64,000 nucleotides of DNA from Podarcis tiliguerta. Taxonomy: Eukaryota. The DNA is taken from assembly GCA_965153285.1 (NCBI GenBank), contig OZ229114.1; one strand, given 5' to 3'. Made by a program: the position numbers and the translations under genes. Shown here one piece after another: positions 23,670 through 36,692 of this stretch (positions within the stretch are counted from its first letter, which is position 1; every line of letters starts with the position of its first letter). A model generated the notes under the pieces. It was not told the origin of the DNA, did no database searches, and saw only the letters and a program-made list of their open reading frames with translations.

Positions 23670-24217
23670 GCATTGATTCCCCAGTAAAACATGAAGCGTT
23701 CCCTGATACAGTGCAACGAAAAGTTGAGGAAGTCAATGGGGAGCTGCCGATTGGCCAACAAGAACATTTGCCACCTTCATGGGCAGCCATGTTTGACGGT
23801 TCTCACCACATGCTTGTGCAGAAAAGCCTGCTTCCAGGAGCAAAAGAAGAGGCCCTAAGCCCTAGTGAAGGGAAGGGCAAGAAGAGAAGAGCACCCCTTC
23901 CACCATCTGATAAGCCGCCATACACCACAGGAGCACAGACAATGTCAGATCAATTGGGCAAGGAAAACATCTGGAATAATTCTCCTCACAAGAACAGTTC
24001 TCCTGATTCCAGCTCAGCTTCTGTTCCTCACTTCAAACAACCTATTGCAGCTCCCCGCAGACCAACTCCTTGGCAGAAAGGTAACTTTGCTGACAATGAA
24101 AATCCTGCTGATTCAGGTACAAAGGTTGATAATAGCGACAAACCCATTCCTGCTCCTAGGCAGAAGTTGGTCAAAGAGATGCTTGAGCCTAGAATCTGTT
24201 TTCACTCGCAGGTGTAG
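23670..24217 (+). CDS. RTKN2: Rhotekin 2 terminal coding exon (exon 12), Pro-rich tail, TAG stop
   Basis: gatag|GC ATT GAT...; SIDSPVK...PPSWAAMFDGSH...KKRRAPLPPSDK...PIPAPRQK...FHSQV*; matches ORF 23663..24217. Confidence 0.95.
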
Positions 24218-27200
24218 GACTGATGCTTGGTTTTCTCCGAATTACGGGGGCAAAGGGAGTGTTGGCCATGTTCACTATCTGTCTTTCGCCAGAGTTCCTG
24301 AAGTGTTAACATATTTATTTTCAACACACAACCAGGTGAACTTGAGATTATAGCAAAGGAAACACCTCTCCTTCCATCCTGTCCCCAAATTGTTGCTTGA
24401 CATCGCCAGTGTGTAAAGAGATTCCTCAACAAAGATACAAATCAGCAGGGTTGTTTTTTTTAACGATGGAGAACCTTCTGATAGACTTAAACTGTTCTCC
24501 CCCCCCCTCCAAAACATCTGTATGATCTTTAATAACTCAACCCATACATTTTCCCCAGATTGCATTTCAAATATCCTATCTCAAATTTATGACAGGTTTT
24601 TGAGCAGGCACTTAACTTGAGGAGAATAAAATTATTCCTTGTGTTGTCAGGATTAACCACAGATGCTGTTGGCCTCTGCCCATAGAAGTCTATGGGACCA
24701 TAGAAGTCTCTAGACCATCACAGCAATAGGAATGTCTTATTTATTTATTTTTTACTCTGGCTCTTCATGAATGGTCTTAGAGTTGAAGAAAATAAAGTAC
24801 CTGTAGGCCTGCTTGTTTAGCACCCCATCTTCCTGCGAAGCTCTTTTGTTCTTGCCCCCTTCCTCTAGCTTTAACCCCACCCCTGCCCAAGTGACACACA
24901 GCTAGAGTTTGTAAGGCGTTTCCCATAGTGCTTCCAAAGTCAGGTGAATTGTGCAGTGTCAGATGCGATTTGAAATCCCTGTGGGAGCGACCTGTAATAA
25001 AACTCATTCCCTTGCCCATTCCCCCAGGGCTTTGTACTACATTTCTAGTCCGTCAGGATTTCCCAGGTTCTGTAGCTGGGCTTACCTGGTAATTTAAGCA
25101 TATGCAGAGTCTTCTAGTCTTTCATTTAAAAAACAACAACAACCTTTTATTGCTTTATTAGCACAGTGAACAAGTATCTCTTAGAATTACATTTCTTAGA
25201 TATATTCTCTTTATTTTCCTGGTTTTGTTTGTGCAATAGTAATCCTGAATATGAGGTAGCTGTGTATGCGTAAGTGCTGGGCTGAGACAGTAGTCAAGTC
25301 CACTGTTCTTAGACATTTGAAGACCCCCAATGCCAGTTTGGGCTGTAAATGTTTTCTGTTGTATTCTAAAATGACAGCATCAGAATTCACTCCTCATTGA
25401 CGGGTGGGAGAGAAACTTCTTTCTTTAGTATTTTAGATAATATTCCTCTAAACAACCCTACAATTCTGTGATCTATGTCTGAATTGTAGAAAGCAACACA
25501 CATTCATATCTGTAGGAAAAGAGATTCTGCATTGCAAGCAGAAACTAGGTAGAGGAAATGAACACATATTTTCAGATAAAATTGATTTCGCCTCCCCAGA
25601 ACAATAAGCTTAAACTGAAACTGAGGGTGTGTATAAATTTGAAAGGTGTTTTAAAATACGTGAATATATATATATCTTGGCCTGTTTAAAATCCTAATGT
25701 TTTCCTCTTCAAGTGTTTGAATTTGAATGCAAAAATGGCAGCTTCTTTTTAGTTAGACTGGATTGTATGAATTATGTTAGATTACAAGATTTTACTGTGT
25801 GTTAACGTCTTAATGAAATCTGATCAGGTACGGTTTTAACCTATGTATTAGTTCATTGCATTGTGAAGTTGTGTAACATAGAAAGTACATTATATAGTTT
25901 GGAGGAGCTATAATTTCAGGATCACCTGTTTTATTTTTTAGCTACTCTTAGAGGAACAGAATAAAGATAATGTAGCAGAGGGTTAGTATGACATTAATGC
26001 TCTCTAATCCCTTAATGAGTATAGCAGAATCCTTTTAATTGGCATATTTCTGTTAGCAGTAGGGGAGTGCCAATTAAGCAATCTTCTCAATTTTAAGACT
26101 CTCAGGAATATGCTGAGCTTATTGATATTTGCTTTTTATTCCATGCCTTGAACTACAGATTAGTAATGTGCAAAGCATTCCAAATTCCTACATCTTTATT
26201 TGATTAGCAAGCCACACTAGCACAGTGAAGCTCCATGAAATATGTCCATAGAGGATGCCTTGATTTAGCAAATGCAGTTCTAAAGCATTTGTGACTGTGA
26301 CTGAACTTGCAAGACAGCTCTTAGCCACAGAGTTTATCCTCTGAAGTTAATTAAATTGAATTTTTATCCACATTGTCAAACCATTGTATCTTCCTATCAG
26401 GGGAGGGGCAGCTCCTCATGCAGAAACTGTACAAAATTCTTAGGGAGGAAGAATTGGTGTATTTTCTGGGTGCATTTTCAGAATCTCAAAACATGGCTGA
26501 ATGGGAGCAAAATTATTGGCTCCCATTCTTCTTCTTTGGCCATTTGACATGTACACCATCTTGAAACGAGCAATAGCTTCCCTAAGATTTATAAACATTT
26601 AGATCTTTGGAAGTAGCTAGTCCCATTAGATAATTAAGGAACAATCTGGGGTGGTGTTACAGTGGCACAATCTAAGCCAAGGGGAGGCGCTGGTGCTCTC
26701 ATTGCAATCCCTGAAGCTCTATGGACTTCTGGGGCAAAGACGGTGGTGCAGACTTGCATTTAAAGGCACAGATCTGCCTGTGTAGCTTGGTCCTCAGACG
26801 TTACTGTGGGGAAAGCTCAAGTGGTAAGGAGTATCAAGCTTGAATCCGCCACCTCGAACCCTTTCGTAACAGGGAGAGGAGCATCTGATCTAGACTGTGA
26901 CATCTTTATTTAACCATTGGGATCTCTGTGACCCCTCGGACTGATTCTTGGGAAAAAATGTGGGATTTGGATGCAGCATTTGGGGGTGCAGGGAGAGAAA
27001 AGAAGAAACTCTTGCAACACGGTTTGAATCAGATGTGACCCCTTCCCTGTGGTGAGGCACTAAGTATGGGGTGCATATGTGCTTGAGATCTCATGCTGGG
27101 ATCTCTGCCCGATAAAGAGCAGTCTCCACAGGCCTACAGAGAGCTTCCTGCAAGTGGCATCTTGCTCATGGACCTCAATAGCAAGGAGAGAATAGAGTCC

Positions 27201-27948
27201 CCAGAATGGCTGGGATTGGAGCTATTCTTCCTCAATTAGAGATGCAATAAACACCCTTAGGTATTGCACTTCTCACCCAGCTGCCTCCTTGAGGCAGAAA
27301 GAATGCCACAGTACCCTTTCTGTACCTGGGAAAGATTGATGTAGCTCCACATCACACAGGCACCATTAAGGCTGCAAGAGGCAGCGGCTACCTTCACTCC
27401 TCAGGACAAAGGGTGTGTGGATGCAGTTGCAGTTGCAATTGTGACGGTTGGTCCTTTAAGTGCTAGGTGAAAAAAATCCTTTCCTGGTACTTTGCGCATC
27501 CCAGGAACTGAGTGGTGCATCACTGTCATTTCTCCAGAATCAAGAGTGGGAGAAATTCAAGCATGGTTGTAGTAGAGGGAGGGTTTCAGATGTGATTTGC
27601 AGGGCTGGTATGAGTCATGTGTGCTTTTGGGCATAGTCTAGTTCATAGCATAAGAAATCAAATTCAATAAATTCCCCTGTAGTGGAATTCTGGTAATTCT
27701 TATTCACCATGAGACATGTTCAGATGGAAAACTGACGGTGCATTTTTGCCTGGAAGAGGGATACCCTGGATTTATTTTCATGCCTTTATATATCTACCAG
27801 CCAATGTCCAGCAAGAAGTGCCAGGGAAGCAAAATACTGCTGCCAACTTCTTCGCGCTTTATTATTTTCCCAAACAGCTAATGCCTACAGGTATGATATT
27901 GGCTCCAGGGTAGCCTCATTTTGCCCATGTGCAGTTGAGCCAGGGTGG

Positions 27949-27952
<4 letters not shown>

Positions 27953-27985
<33 letters not shown>

Positions 27986-28009
27986 ACACACACACACACA
28001 CACACACAC
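27953..28009. repeat. (TG)n(CA)n head-to-head microsatellite palindrome
   Basis: Read directly; centre TGT|ACA at 27983/27984. Confidence 0.95.
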
Positions 28010-28185
28010 GGATTGCAGGGAACCTGACTTCAAATCTGTGCTCACCCATGAAGCTCAATGGGTGACATGAGCCCAGTCTCTCTCTCCAAACTTACCTTCA
28101 CAGGGCTGTTGTGAGAATAAAATGGGATGATCCTCAAGCACACAACTGCAAGATCATTGGAGAGAGAATGGAATAAAAAAAATGA
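28010..28185 (+). mobile_element. Decayed MIR/Ther1-like CORE SINE in the RTKN2 3' region
   Basis: ACTTCAAATC B-box remnant, GGGTGACATGAGC, CTTCACAGGGCTGTTGTGAGAATAAAATG. Confidence 0.65.
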
Positions 28186-28942
28186 TACATAACAATGCTG
28201 ACTAATAATCTCTCATACCGTATTGAAAGTTCCTCAATTTGTCCCCCTGCCCCCTTTGATCAAGCTCTTGAGGAATTATTTTACATATGCATGTCCATCA
28301 CTCACAGTCTTACCCCGCAGTGGCTTACTGCTTGATGACAGCTGAACGTGTGAACTGCCCCCATTTCAAAAAGAGACACTCCTCCGTTGTCTCTCGAGAC
28401 ACGCGGATACCAACCACAACAATATTTGAGATGATTTTCTATGAACCTCTGCGGGGTTTGATCTGTGTCTTGTTGCTTGATGTTGCACTTGAGCTGAATG
28501 TGCATCTCTTAAGTCTCTCTAATTGCAATCAACTTTGAAGTAAGGGGAGGGCAAACTACATTAGCTGTGGAAGTGGAACCTCACCCTGCCTAGAACTTGC
28601 AGTTAATCATGCCTCATCACTATTGCATGTGCAAACTGTTAATAATGCCTTGGGTACTCTGTTAAAGGTTCAACGATGTAGGTGGAGTACCTATTTGTGT
28701 GAGGCTTTTTAAAAAACTTATTTAATTTGTTTACATGTTTTAATTATGTTTGGGAGTAATATGCTTCCATTTCCCACTAATGCTAAGTGGATAGTTTTGT
28801 ACTTGAAATGCCTGTGGATGACCTGGTAGATATTGGTTTTGCTGCTAAATGTGTATTGTTTTTTATTCCAAGGTATGCCAGACTTAAAAAAATATATATA
28901 ACAAATGTAGAAACTTAAATATTGTATAAAACGAGTATGAAC

Positions 28943-28948
28943 AATAAA
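28943..28948 (+). terminator. Candidate distal polyadenylation signal of RTKN2
   Basis: AATAAA preceded by several TGTA motifs and followed by GT-rich tctgtgtttgtt. Confidence 0.45.
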
Positions 28949-28982
28949 CTTCTGTGTTTGTTATAAGACTGACTGCTGTGTT

Positions 28983-29280
28983 TCATTGAGTACATGGATT
29001 GATAATATGGACAGATTAGCTACATACGAATGAATTGCATGTCGACGCAAAATAAGAATGGATAAATATGAAGAAATCTGGAACAAATATTTAAGCAATA
29101 AGGCGGATAGTGGTAGGAAGTAGGGGGAGGAGAGAGAGGTGAGAAAATATTGTTTAAAAAGGTGTAGTCGTAGGCATGTTATTGTTATTATGGTTTTTGT
29201 TGTATGCATCCTTTGCGGTTGATGTTTGTATCGAAAAAATGATTAAATAATATATATATATATATTATTTTTTCAAAAAA
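28983..29280 (+). mobile_element. 5'-truncated L1-clade LINE with 18-bp TSD
   Basis: TSD AAGACTGACTGCTGTGTT at 28965..28982 and 29281..29298; reads WIDNMDRLATYE*IACRRKIRMDKYEEIWNKYL (L1/Tx1-type ORF2 end); G-rich 3' UTR tract; A/T-rich tail. Confidence 0.85.
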
Positions 29281-30139
29281 AAGACTGACTGCTGTGTTGG
29301 TCTCCAAGAAAGAGGGAACAGGGAGATCTAAAATCTCTTTTCTTGGAATAATTGTGTTGGTGGAGCAAGGCTTTTTTAAATTTTTTAAGTATCCCAGCCT
29401 TCCTAATCAATGCAGTTGGCCCAATAAAATACATCATTTTGACTCTGACCTATGGTTTTGTTTTGTTTTCAAGTACATTTATAGAATTATAAATCATGCT
29501 TCGCTGACCTTTTATGAAATAAAAGAACTATTTTGGGCTTAGCTAATTTCTTAAACTGTACAATCTGCTGAGTAGATCCCCTGGGCTAGAACTGAAGAGT
29601 AAACAGCATGTTGGCCTCGCTGTAACAACAAGGCAAAGAGATAAAGCTATCCAATAGTAAATGTTAATTACATTTCTAATAGTCTGACTATAAGCCATTA
29701 TGGTGCTAAAAAAAGGAAATATTCATAAAAGTAATTGGACATATTATGTAAACTGACATTCATTTCACTTTAGCATACTTCAGTGAGCACAATATTCTCT
29801 GGCTGTTCTGCTGTTTTCTAAATTCTCCAAGGTACGCAAAGGGGCATTGAACAAATAAGCATTTCATATAATTTAGCCAGGGTTTTAAATTTTTATCCTG
29901 CCTTTTAAATTTGCTACAATTGAATGGTTAAGTGTGGTGTGTGTGTTTGTGTGTATCCCTGAAGAATATATATATATCCCTGAAGATGATGGGCTTGGGT
30001 CTGGATGGTTCTTGCGCTCAGAAAAAGTTAAACAGCTATAATAATTTGGGGTACTTGATCTTTTGCTGAACATATGCATCAGTTGTGTTTCCTGCATAAC
30101 ATGTTTAGTTGCCCCAAATCAGGATTCCCAGATACATAG

Positions 30140-30143
<4 letters not shown>

Positions 30144-30171
<28 letters not shown>
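30144..30171. repeat. (TG)n microsatellite
   Basis: Read directly. Confidence 0.95.
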
Positions 30172-30175
<4 letters not shown>

Positions 30176-32849
30176 CGCTGCATATTTGTTGCAGAAAATC
30201 CTGGCATACACACAGGAAATACATTTGCCACCTAACATGTGAGCGCTAGCTCAGTGAGCCAGGCAATTAGAACAGGCACCTGAGCACTTCTTTGGGGGGT
30301 AGGGAGTTGTCAACAGTGAACTATGATTCCTCCCCCCCCCCCCCCCCCGTTAATTTTCTTGGACTCAAAGGGCAGAAACTGCTGTTTGCTGTATGAAATA
30401 CTTCAAATGCCTCTGCTCTTTTAAAGCCAAACACAGACATAGTATATTTTTGCCCAATTATCATCAACGAACTGTAATAAACTGTTACAAGAAGCTTGGC
30501 AGATACTTCAATCTTGGGGAAACTTGATTGATTTATGAGTTTATGAAGAATGCTGAAGTATGATGGATTGATTTTTTTAAAAAAAAATAGTGCTCTGGAA
30601 GTCAGTGCAGATGAGTGATTTAATGAAAATCACATTGCAAGCAAAGTTGCGGCAGTTTGCTTCAAGGGATTATACTGAAACAAGATAGGATAATATCTTA
30701 ATATAACCACTACCAAATGGACATAATTGAGATCTCCCATATGTGCAATATACGCATGAAGATCTGTCTGCGAAACATCGCCATAAATTGCTTTTACTCC
30801 ATGAAAAATAATCTTTGAACATTTTTTTTAATATCAAGACAGCTATCAAAATGTTTATATACCTTCAAAAGAAAAATAACCCTACCAATGAGGACAACAT
30901 GTCTGCTTCTAAAAGCTGATATTTGCTATTGACCTGATGATAAAGCAAGATTCTGAAACTCTTGATTTAAGGTAGATCAAAGTTAGTACCTGTCCTAACT
31001 ACTTGGCATAGGGTGTACTGAATGGAGGCCGTTGCTTTACACATTACCGTAGAAGGCAACAAGGCTTCAAGATGCAGTAAAGTATGTGTCCACACTACAT
31101 AAGCCAGAGAAACAGGCTGTGAGCAACTGTGTCCACTTATGGCTTGGCTCCCCACAGTATCTTTTCATGGAGCACCTGTGGTGAAAGGCATCTAGCTACC
31201 TCACAGGCAAAATCAGACACACAGATTCCACGGTGTACTTCCTTAAATCATAATCACGGGCTTTGATTTATTTTCTAAGGCTTTAGTTTCTGCCTGAGCC
31301 ACCTACTTCAGAGCCAATCTCATGCATGTCTATTTGGAAGCAAACTCCATTGAATTCAATGAGGCTTACACTTACATAACTGTAATGGACCCTAGTTTCT
31401 ATTTGATAGAATAAAATTTCCATATTCACTACCTTCATTAAAAACATACACGCCAAATTAGGAGTTTTATTTATTTTTATTTACTGCAATTTATTTAAGA
31501 CTGTCCAGTAATATTGTTTAAAGCTGTGTTTGTGTTATATTACCAGCTGGACCAAAGACTCACATGTATCATTAGCGGTGCCCTGACCACTCGGAAGGTA
31601 ACCACCCAGTCTATATAATCACCAGGGCTACAGAATTCCTTTGTATGGTGAAAGACTATGCATGCCAGGTCCTTGTAGCGTACATTACAGGAAGTTGTGG
31701 TGGAGGAGGGACATGTGGGCTTCTTCCTACATGAAGGGACTTCCTAGTCCTGTAGGAGCTGATCAGACGCAAGCCCAGCCACCCCGATTTCATGGTAGCA
31801 CCTCCAGAAGGGAGGAAATCAATGGGACAATGAGAAATGTTTTGTGTGCTGCTCTTGTCCCCCAGACAGATAAACTGACGAGGGCTTGCAATGGCAGGAC
31901 TTATGGCTCTCAGCAGCACTAATATTGCAAGACCCAGGATTTAAAAGTCTCGCAAGATTTTGAAGCAAGATTTCTGGGACCTTATAAATGGCCTCACACA
32001 TGGTAAGCCTCAATTGGGCTTCCACAAGTAAAGCACGATACCAATAGCATCTCCCTCCCTCCCCACCCCCATTTTATTGCCCTCTTTTATATGGCAATGT
32101 TCTGATCAATTCTCTGGCAATCTAATGAAGTTGTGGCTATCTTGCTCCAGCACTGTGACCTCATTTGTCATCTGTACAGTGTCTGTGTGTTATGTCTGGT
32201 TCAAGCAGAATATGCAAATGATGTATGTTCTATGTTGTGGTGACCGTACTTTTGTTTTTCTCAAGCCCTTGGGATGACATAGAGTAAAAAAATAATCAAT
32301 AAACCTTGACTACCTTAACAACAGCACAAATGTAGGTTGCTAGTGCTCCTGTTTATCAGGTTAAGGCTAAGAGGTAGGATTTGAACCCAGTTCCGTTGTC
32401 TTCAGATAAATATTTGAACAGCATCCTTGGCCATCTGTGTTTCTTACAGGCTAATGAAAATCCCTGGGAGCTGTTGAATGCTATTCTTAGACAAAACCTC
32501 ATTATCTGGATTTCTGTACCATTGAAAGCATACAGATCACCCTGGAGAAGCTAATGGATGTAAATAAATCCACACCAATTAAGATGGTAAAAGAAAGAGA
32601 GTAATATGAAAGATCTTGTGTTCTCAAATGTGCTCTGTAACTGAATAGGGTTTTTTCATATAGGCTACATTGTTAAAGGAGTAATGCCATAATATAGCTC
32701 CACTCTGCCATTGCAAAGGAAATCAAAAACAATATAGCACGAAATAAGTTGTAATGGACCTCTTCTGTTAACAAGGACCTAATACAATTATTTTTCCCAC
32801 AGGCATCATTGGCAAGCCACACCTTTGTTCTCAATTGCTTCTCCCTAGT

Positions 32850-33614
32850 TATGCATGTTATGGAGAAAATGGCTAGGAGAGAGGTTTTTCTCCCTGTCTC
32901 ATAGACTAGAACCCAGGACCATCGAATACAGCTGAAGATTGGAAGATTCAGGACAGGTAAGAGGAAGCCCTTCTTCGTAACTAAACTATAGAATTAGTTC
33001 CTGCCAGATGTAGTGACAAACATCAAGTTGGATAGCTTTGAAAGAGAATTGGACTAATTCATGAACTAATTCTAGGCATCATAGCTGTGTTTTGCCTCCA
33101 GTGTCGGAGGCAGTATGCTGGGAATCACGTGGAGAGACGTGCTGTTGCATTTGGGCCCTGTTTGTGGGCTTCCCAAACCAACTGGTTGGCCAATGTACAG
33201 AGCCGACCCACCCATGAGGTTGGGTGAAGCAGCCGCCTGAGGTGGCGGACAATGCAAGAGGCAACCTCTCCACTGGTGCTATGCCCATTCCACTGCTTCC
33301 GCTGCCACCAGAGAAGCAATCCAGGTAAGGGAGGTTTCGGCAGCAGTAGAGCAGCACAGCATTCTGCCACTTAGCTTTGCCCTGCTGGTCTCTCTGCGCC
33401 CCTAGGGGCAGAGGGAGACCAGCAGCAAAGCTCTCTGGAATGCCTCCCTCTTGCTGAGCTGGTGTTCCAAGCGCCCTTGCTCCACCACCTCCCAGTGGTG
33501 AGGTTGTATTTCCTTGAGGGAAAGGTACCAAACCATCTCTGGCCGCCCCGTCAATGTGAGAACAGGATGCCCTTGTTTTTGGCTTGATCCAGCAGTGATA
33601 TTCTTATGTTCTTA
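32850..33614 (+). mobile_element. CR1 LINE 3' end interrupted by a hAT MITE
   Basis: GGAAGATTCAGGACAG...TTGGATAGCTTTGAAAGAGAATTGGAC ORF2 end; 3' UTR ending TGATCCAGCAG...TTCTTATGTTCTTA. Confidence 0.8.
33198..33550. mobile_element. hAT (Tip100-like) MITE nested in CR1
   Basis: CAGAGCCGACC...GGCCGCCCCG termini; 8-bp flanks CCAATGTA/TCAATGTG. Confidence 0.7.
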
Positions 33615-34259
33615 TTACTTTAGGATGCAACTCATAAGTAGTCGTGCGGGGGACTTATTTGGGACAGAAAATATCATATAAATATGAAAAATATTGCAGG
33701 TGACAGTCTGTGGAAGTCTGCTGGGGTAGAAGGTCTTTTGAAGTCTCTTTCTCACGGTCTTTGAAACCCAGAATTATAGCCCACTCCCTGCTTGCCTGGT
33801 CCCTGGCTCAGTCCAACTCTATGCCACAGGCACACATACGCGGGCAACCGCTTTCTGGGCAAATACATTGGTTTTATTTATAGGCAAAGCAGGCAAGAAT
33901 TGGCACTCAATAAACAAAGAGCATCGGAAATGGGCATCAGGCAACAGCTTTTTCTACCAGCCCTAGGAGCCTTCAGAACAGAGCTGCAGCCATGGGTATT
34001 ATGTGTGTGTCTCTTTTGGTGAACTGAGTGGAAGACTATGAGCCACAGGAATTCAGCAATGCTTTATTTTTCCGTTGTAAGGTTGCTAAAGTGGTCAATA
34101 TTGCTTTGTGGATTATGAGTGCTGTAATGCTTTGTGAATCTTATGAAACGACTTTCTTGTGGTTGTGCTGTTTAGCTTATACTTTTCATTGTTTTGTTAA
34201 TAGTGTTTACAGTGTTTTATAGAAGGTTGTTGTTTTACTGGTGATTTGTAATTGTTTTA

Positions 34260-34501
34260 CAGTGGTACCTCGGGTTAAGTACTTAATTCGTTCTGGAGGT
34301 CTGTTCTTAACCTGAAACTGTTCTTAACCTGAAGCACCACTTTAGCTAATGGGGCCTCCCGCTGCTGCCGCGATGCCGGAGCATGATTTCTGTTCTTATC
34401 CTGAAGCAAAGTTCTTAACCTGAAGCACTATTTCTGGGTTAGCAGAGTCTGTAACCTGAAGCGTATGTAACCTGAAGCGTATGTAACCCGAGGTACCACT
34501 G
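34260..34501. mobile_element. Tc1/mariner (pogo/Tigger-like) MITE, young
   Basis: Perfect 18-bp TIR CAGTGGTACCTCGGGTTA; TA TSD on both sides; internal TAACCTGAA(G) repeats. Confidence 0.93.
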
Positions 34502-36445
34502 TACTGTTGATTCTATGCTTTGATACACCACAAGCAAGTACGAAGCCACTATTCTATCTGAGAAGCTATCACTGATTTTTAAGTAATGCATTGGAGTGAA
34601 GGTTAAGGATGCAGTGCAACCCAAGACATATCTAATCTGATGTGAACCCCATTGACTTCAGTGGGGCTTCCTTTCTCCAGGGGAGTGGGTATGATCCCAG
34701 CCCAAGTTCCATTGATCTCAGAGGGGAAAACTTAAGCACATGGGACTGGTTTTGTGCCTTATTTTGTGTGCTCATCCTGCTCCACAACGCCATCTTATAT
34801 CACAGCAAAGTTTTCCTCTCCTTTCCCCACTTCCATGCTGCATATAAGAAGCAGTTGCTCCGTTGCTTGGAATGATGGGCTGTGCATTTTTCAAAGGCAT
34901 TACTTAACTCAGAAGAGGGACAGTTTAAGTATCTTTATGGATATCTCATTTCTTATGAATTTTTCAATAGGAGATAAAATGAGGTAATGTGCAATGGAGG
35001 AAGCTGTGGGCTTTTTTGCAGTTGTTGTTACTTCTCCCTTTTCAAATGGTTTTGTTTTGTTTTTAAAAATCTGTCATTTGCAGGAAAAACACCATGTTTA
35101 ATATACAAAATCTTGTGGCTTGAAAGAACCTTTTCTTCCCCTCTCAGACTATTTTGTTCTGCCTATGTAACCTGGGAATTTGGATAATTTCAACCTTGGT
35201 TAAAGCCCTTGTAGCTAACTAAAATGAAGCTTGTTAAGAGGTCAACAATGATAAAAGGGGGATAATGGTCACATGTTATTTACTAAACAGATTCCTGTGT
35301 ACACATTACTGCTTGCTCTGGCTCCATTCTGCTCCCAGCACTGGTGCTTGAAGCCAAGGTACACATGCCGTTAGCCACAATCCATAGGTAGCCTGGAGCT
35401 TCTGGAGACTCTTTCCTGTTTGATGGGCTTTCTTTCCCACATAGGAGCTTCCATCCAATTAGAAAATGGAAGCCATTGTTGAACCGGGGTGCATACATTT
35501 CAGGCAGCCAATACGCAAGTGCAGATGACAACTTCAGTCAACTGAAGTTTGGTGCAGGGAAACGAAGCGGTTAATGTGCATCAGGTGCTGACATCCCTGC
35601 CCCCCATCTGGTTCTACAACCACTTGATTTATAGTGGTTGTAAGCAAATAAAAGTGAGCCTTCCCTCTAGGATGCTTGGGTCATCTTCTGTACCAGGGTG
35701 GAGCTCCTCTTCACTCCAAATGTATCACAAGTGCATCAAATTGCCGTTTTGTGGTTAATATGGTGTCCATCCTTTTTTTTTTTTTGAAGCTTTGGTGGTA
35801 CTTCATTCTTTCTGAAAGCTTTTGTTGTGCTGTTTTGTTGCATGCTTCCTTTGTCTTACTGGAATATGAATGCTGAACATTCCACCCATACCTTGAGTTT
35901 TGAGTGTAGCACATAAAATGAATAGCCCTCAAGAGAGGAGTGACAGTAATACAGCTGCCTTTGTGAGATGGGCAAAAAGCACACTGTTCAACCAAGCACC
36001 ACTTGACCAGTTTCTTACATTTCGTGGGAACTGTTCTAGCCATTGATATGGGACTGAGATGCATACTAAGAGGTTCATGGCTCTCTCCTCTGCTGCACAC
36101 TTCTGTGTGTGTGGCTGGACCCGTTACTTTTCGATGTCAGCCCTGCCCATCTGCAGTGTGGGGGTGATGGGCTACGTTTACGAAATTGCTGTTACATATT
36201 TTCAGAATTGCTATGTTCCTGGATGGAGGACATTCTAAACTTTTATTTGGTAGCCTCCTTCCAATAGTTAGCATAATAACTGGGAAGGCAGAAAGTACTA
36301 GATTTCTTCTGTATATACCTCCAGGTGTGTATCTATGCTTTCTAGATGGGGTGAAAACTCTTTTCATTTTAAGTTCTTACTGCACTTTTTAAAAACTTAG
36401 CTCGGATTAATTATCTGTACAGAGGAGAAGCAAATATCTCTAGGG

Positions 36446-36692
36446 CATGGGTAGGCAAACTAAGGCCCAAGGGCCGGATCTGGCCCAATCGCCTTCTCAA
36501 TCCGGCCCGCGGACAGTCCGGGAATCAGTGTGTTTTTACATGAGTAGAATGTGTCCTTTTTCCAAAAATGCATCTCTGGGTTATTTGTGGGGCATAGGAA
36601 TTTATTCATATTCCCCCCCATATAGTCCAGCCCCCCACAAGGTCCGAGGGACAGTGGACTGGCCCCCTGCTGAAAAAGTTTGCTGACCCCTG
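36446..36692. mobile_element. hAT (Charlie-like) MITE
   Basis: CATGGGTAGGCAAACT...AGTTTGCTGACCCCTG; 8-bp TSD CTCTAGGG/ATCTAGGG. Confidence 0.9.

Larger units (their letters stand above)
24218..28970 (+). other. RTKN2: Putative RTKN2 3' UTR (end inferred)
   Basis: Follows the stop codon; ends in an AU/UGUA-rich block with AATAAA at 28943. More proximal AATAAA hexamers exist (e.g. ~24625, ~24996, ~25960), so the true end is uncertain. Confidence 0.45.

Noticed and set aside
23865-24353. 162-codon alternative-frame ORF over RTKN2 exon 12
   Set aside because: A shifted-frame shadow of the real exon with a GTG start and no recognisable domain
31540-32030. ORF cluster 31641..32025 as a possible small gene
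   Set aside because: No splice structure or domain; looks like decayed repeat sequence that I cannot classify
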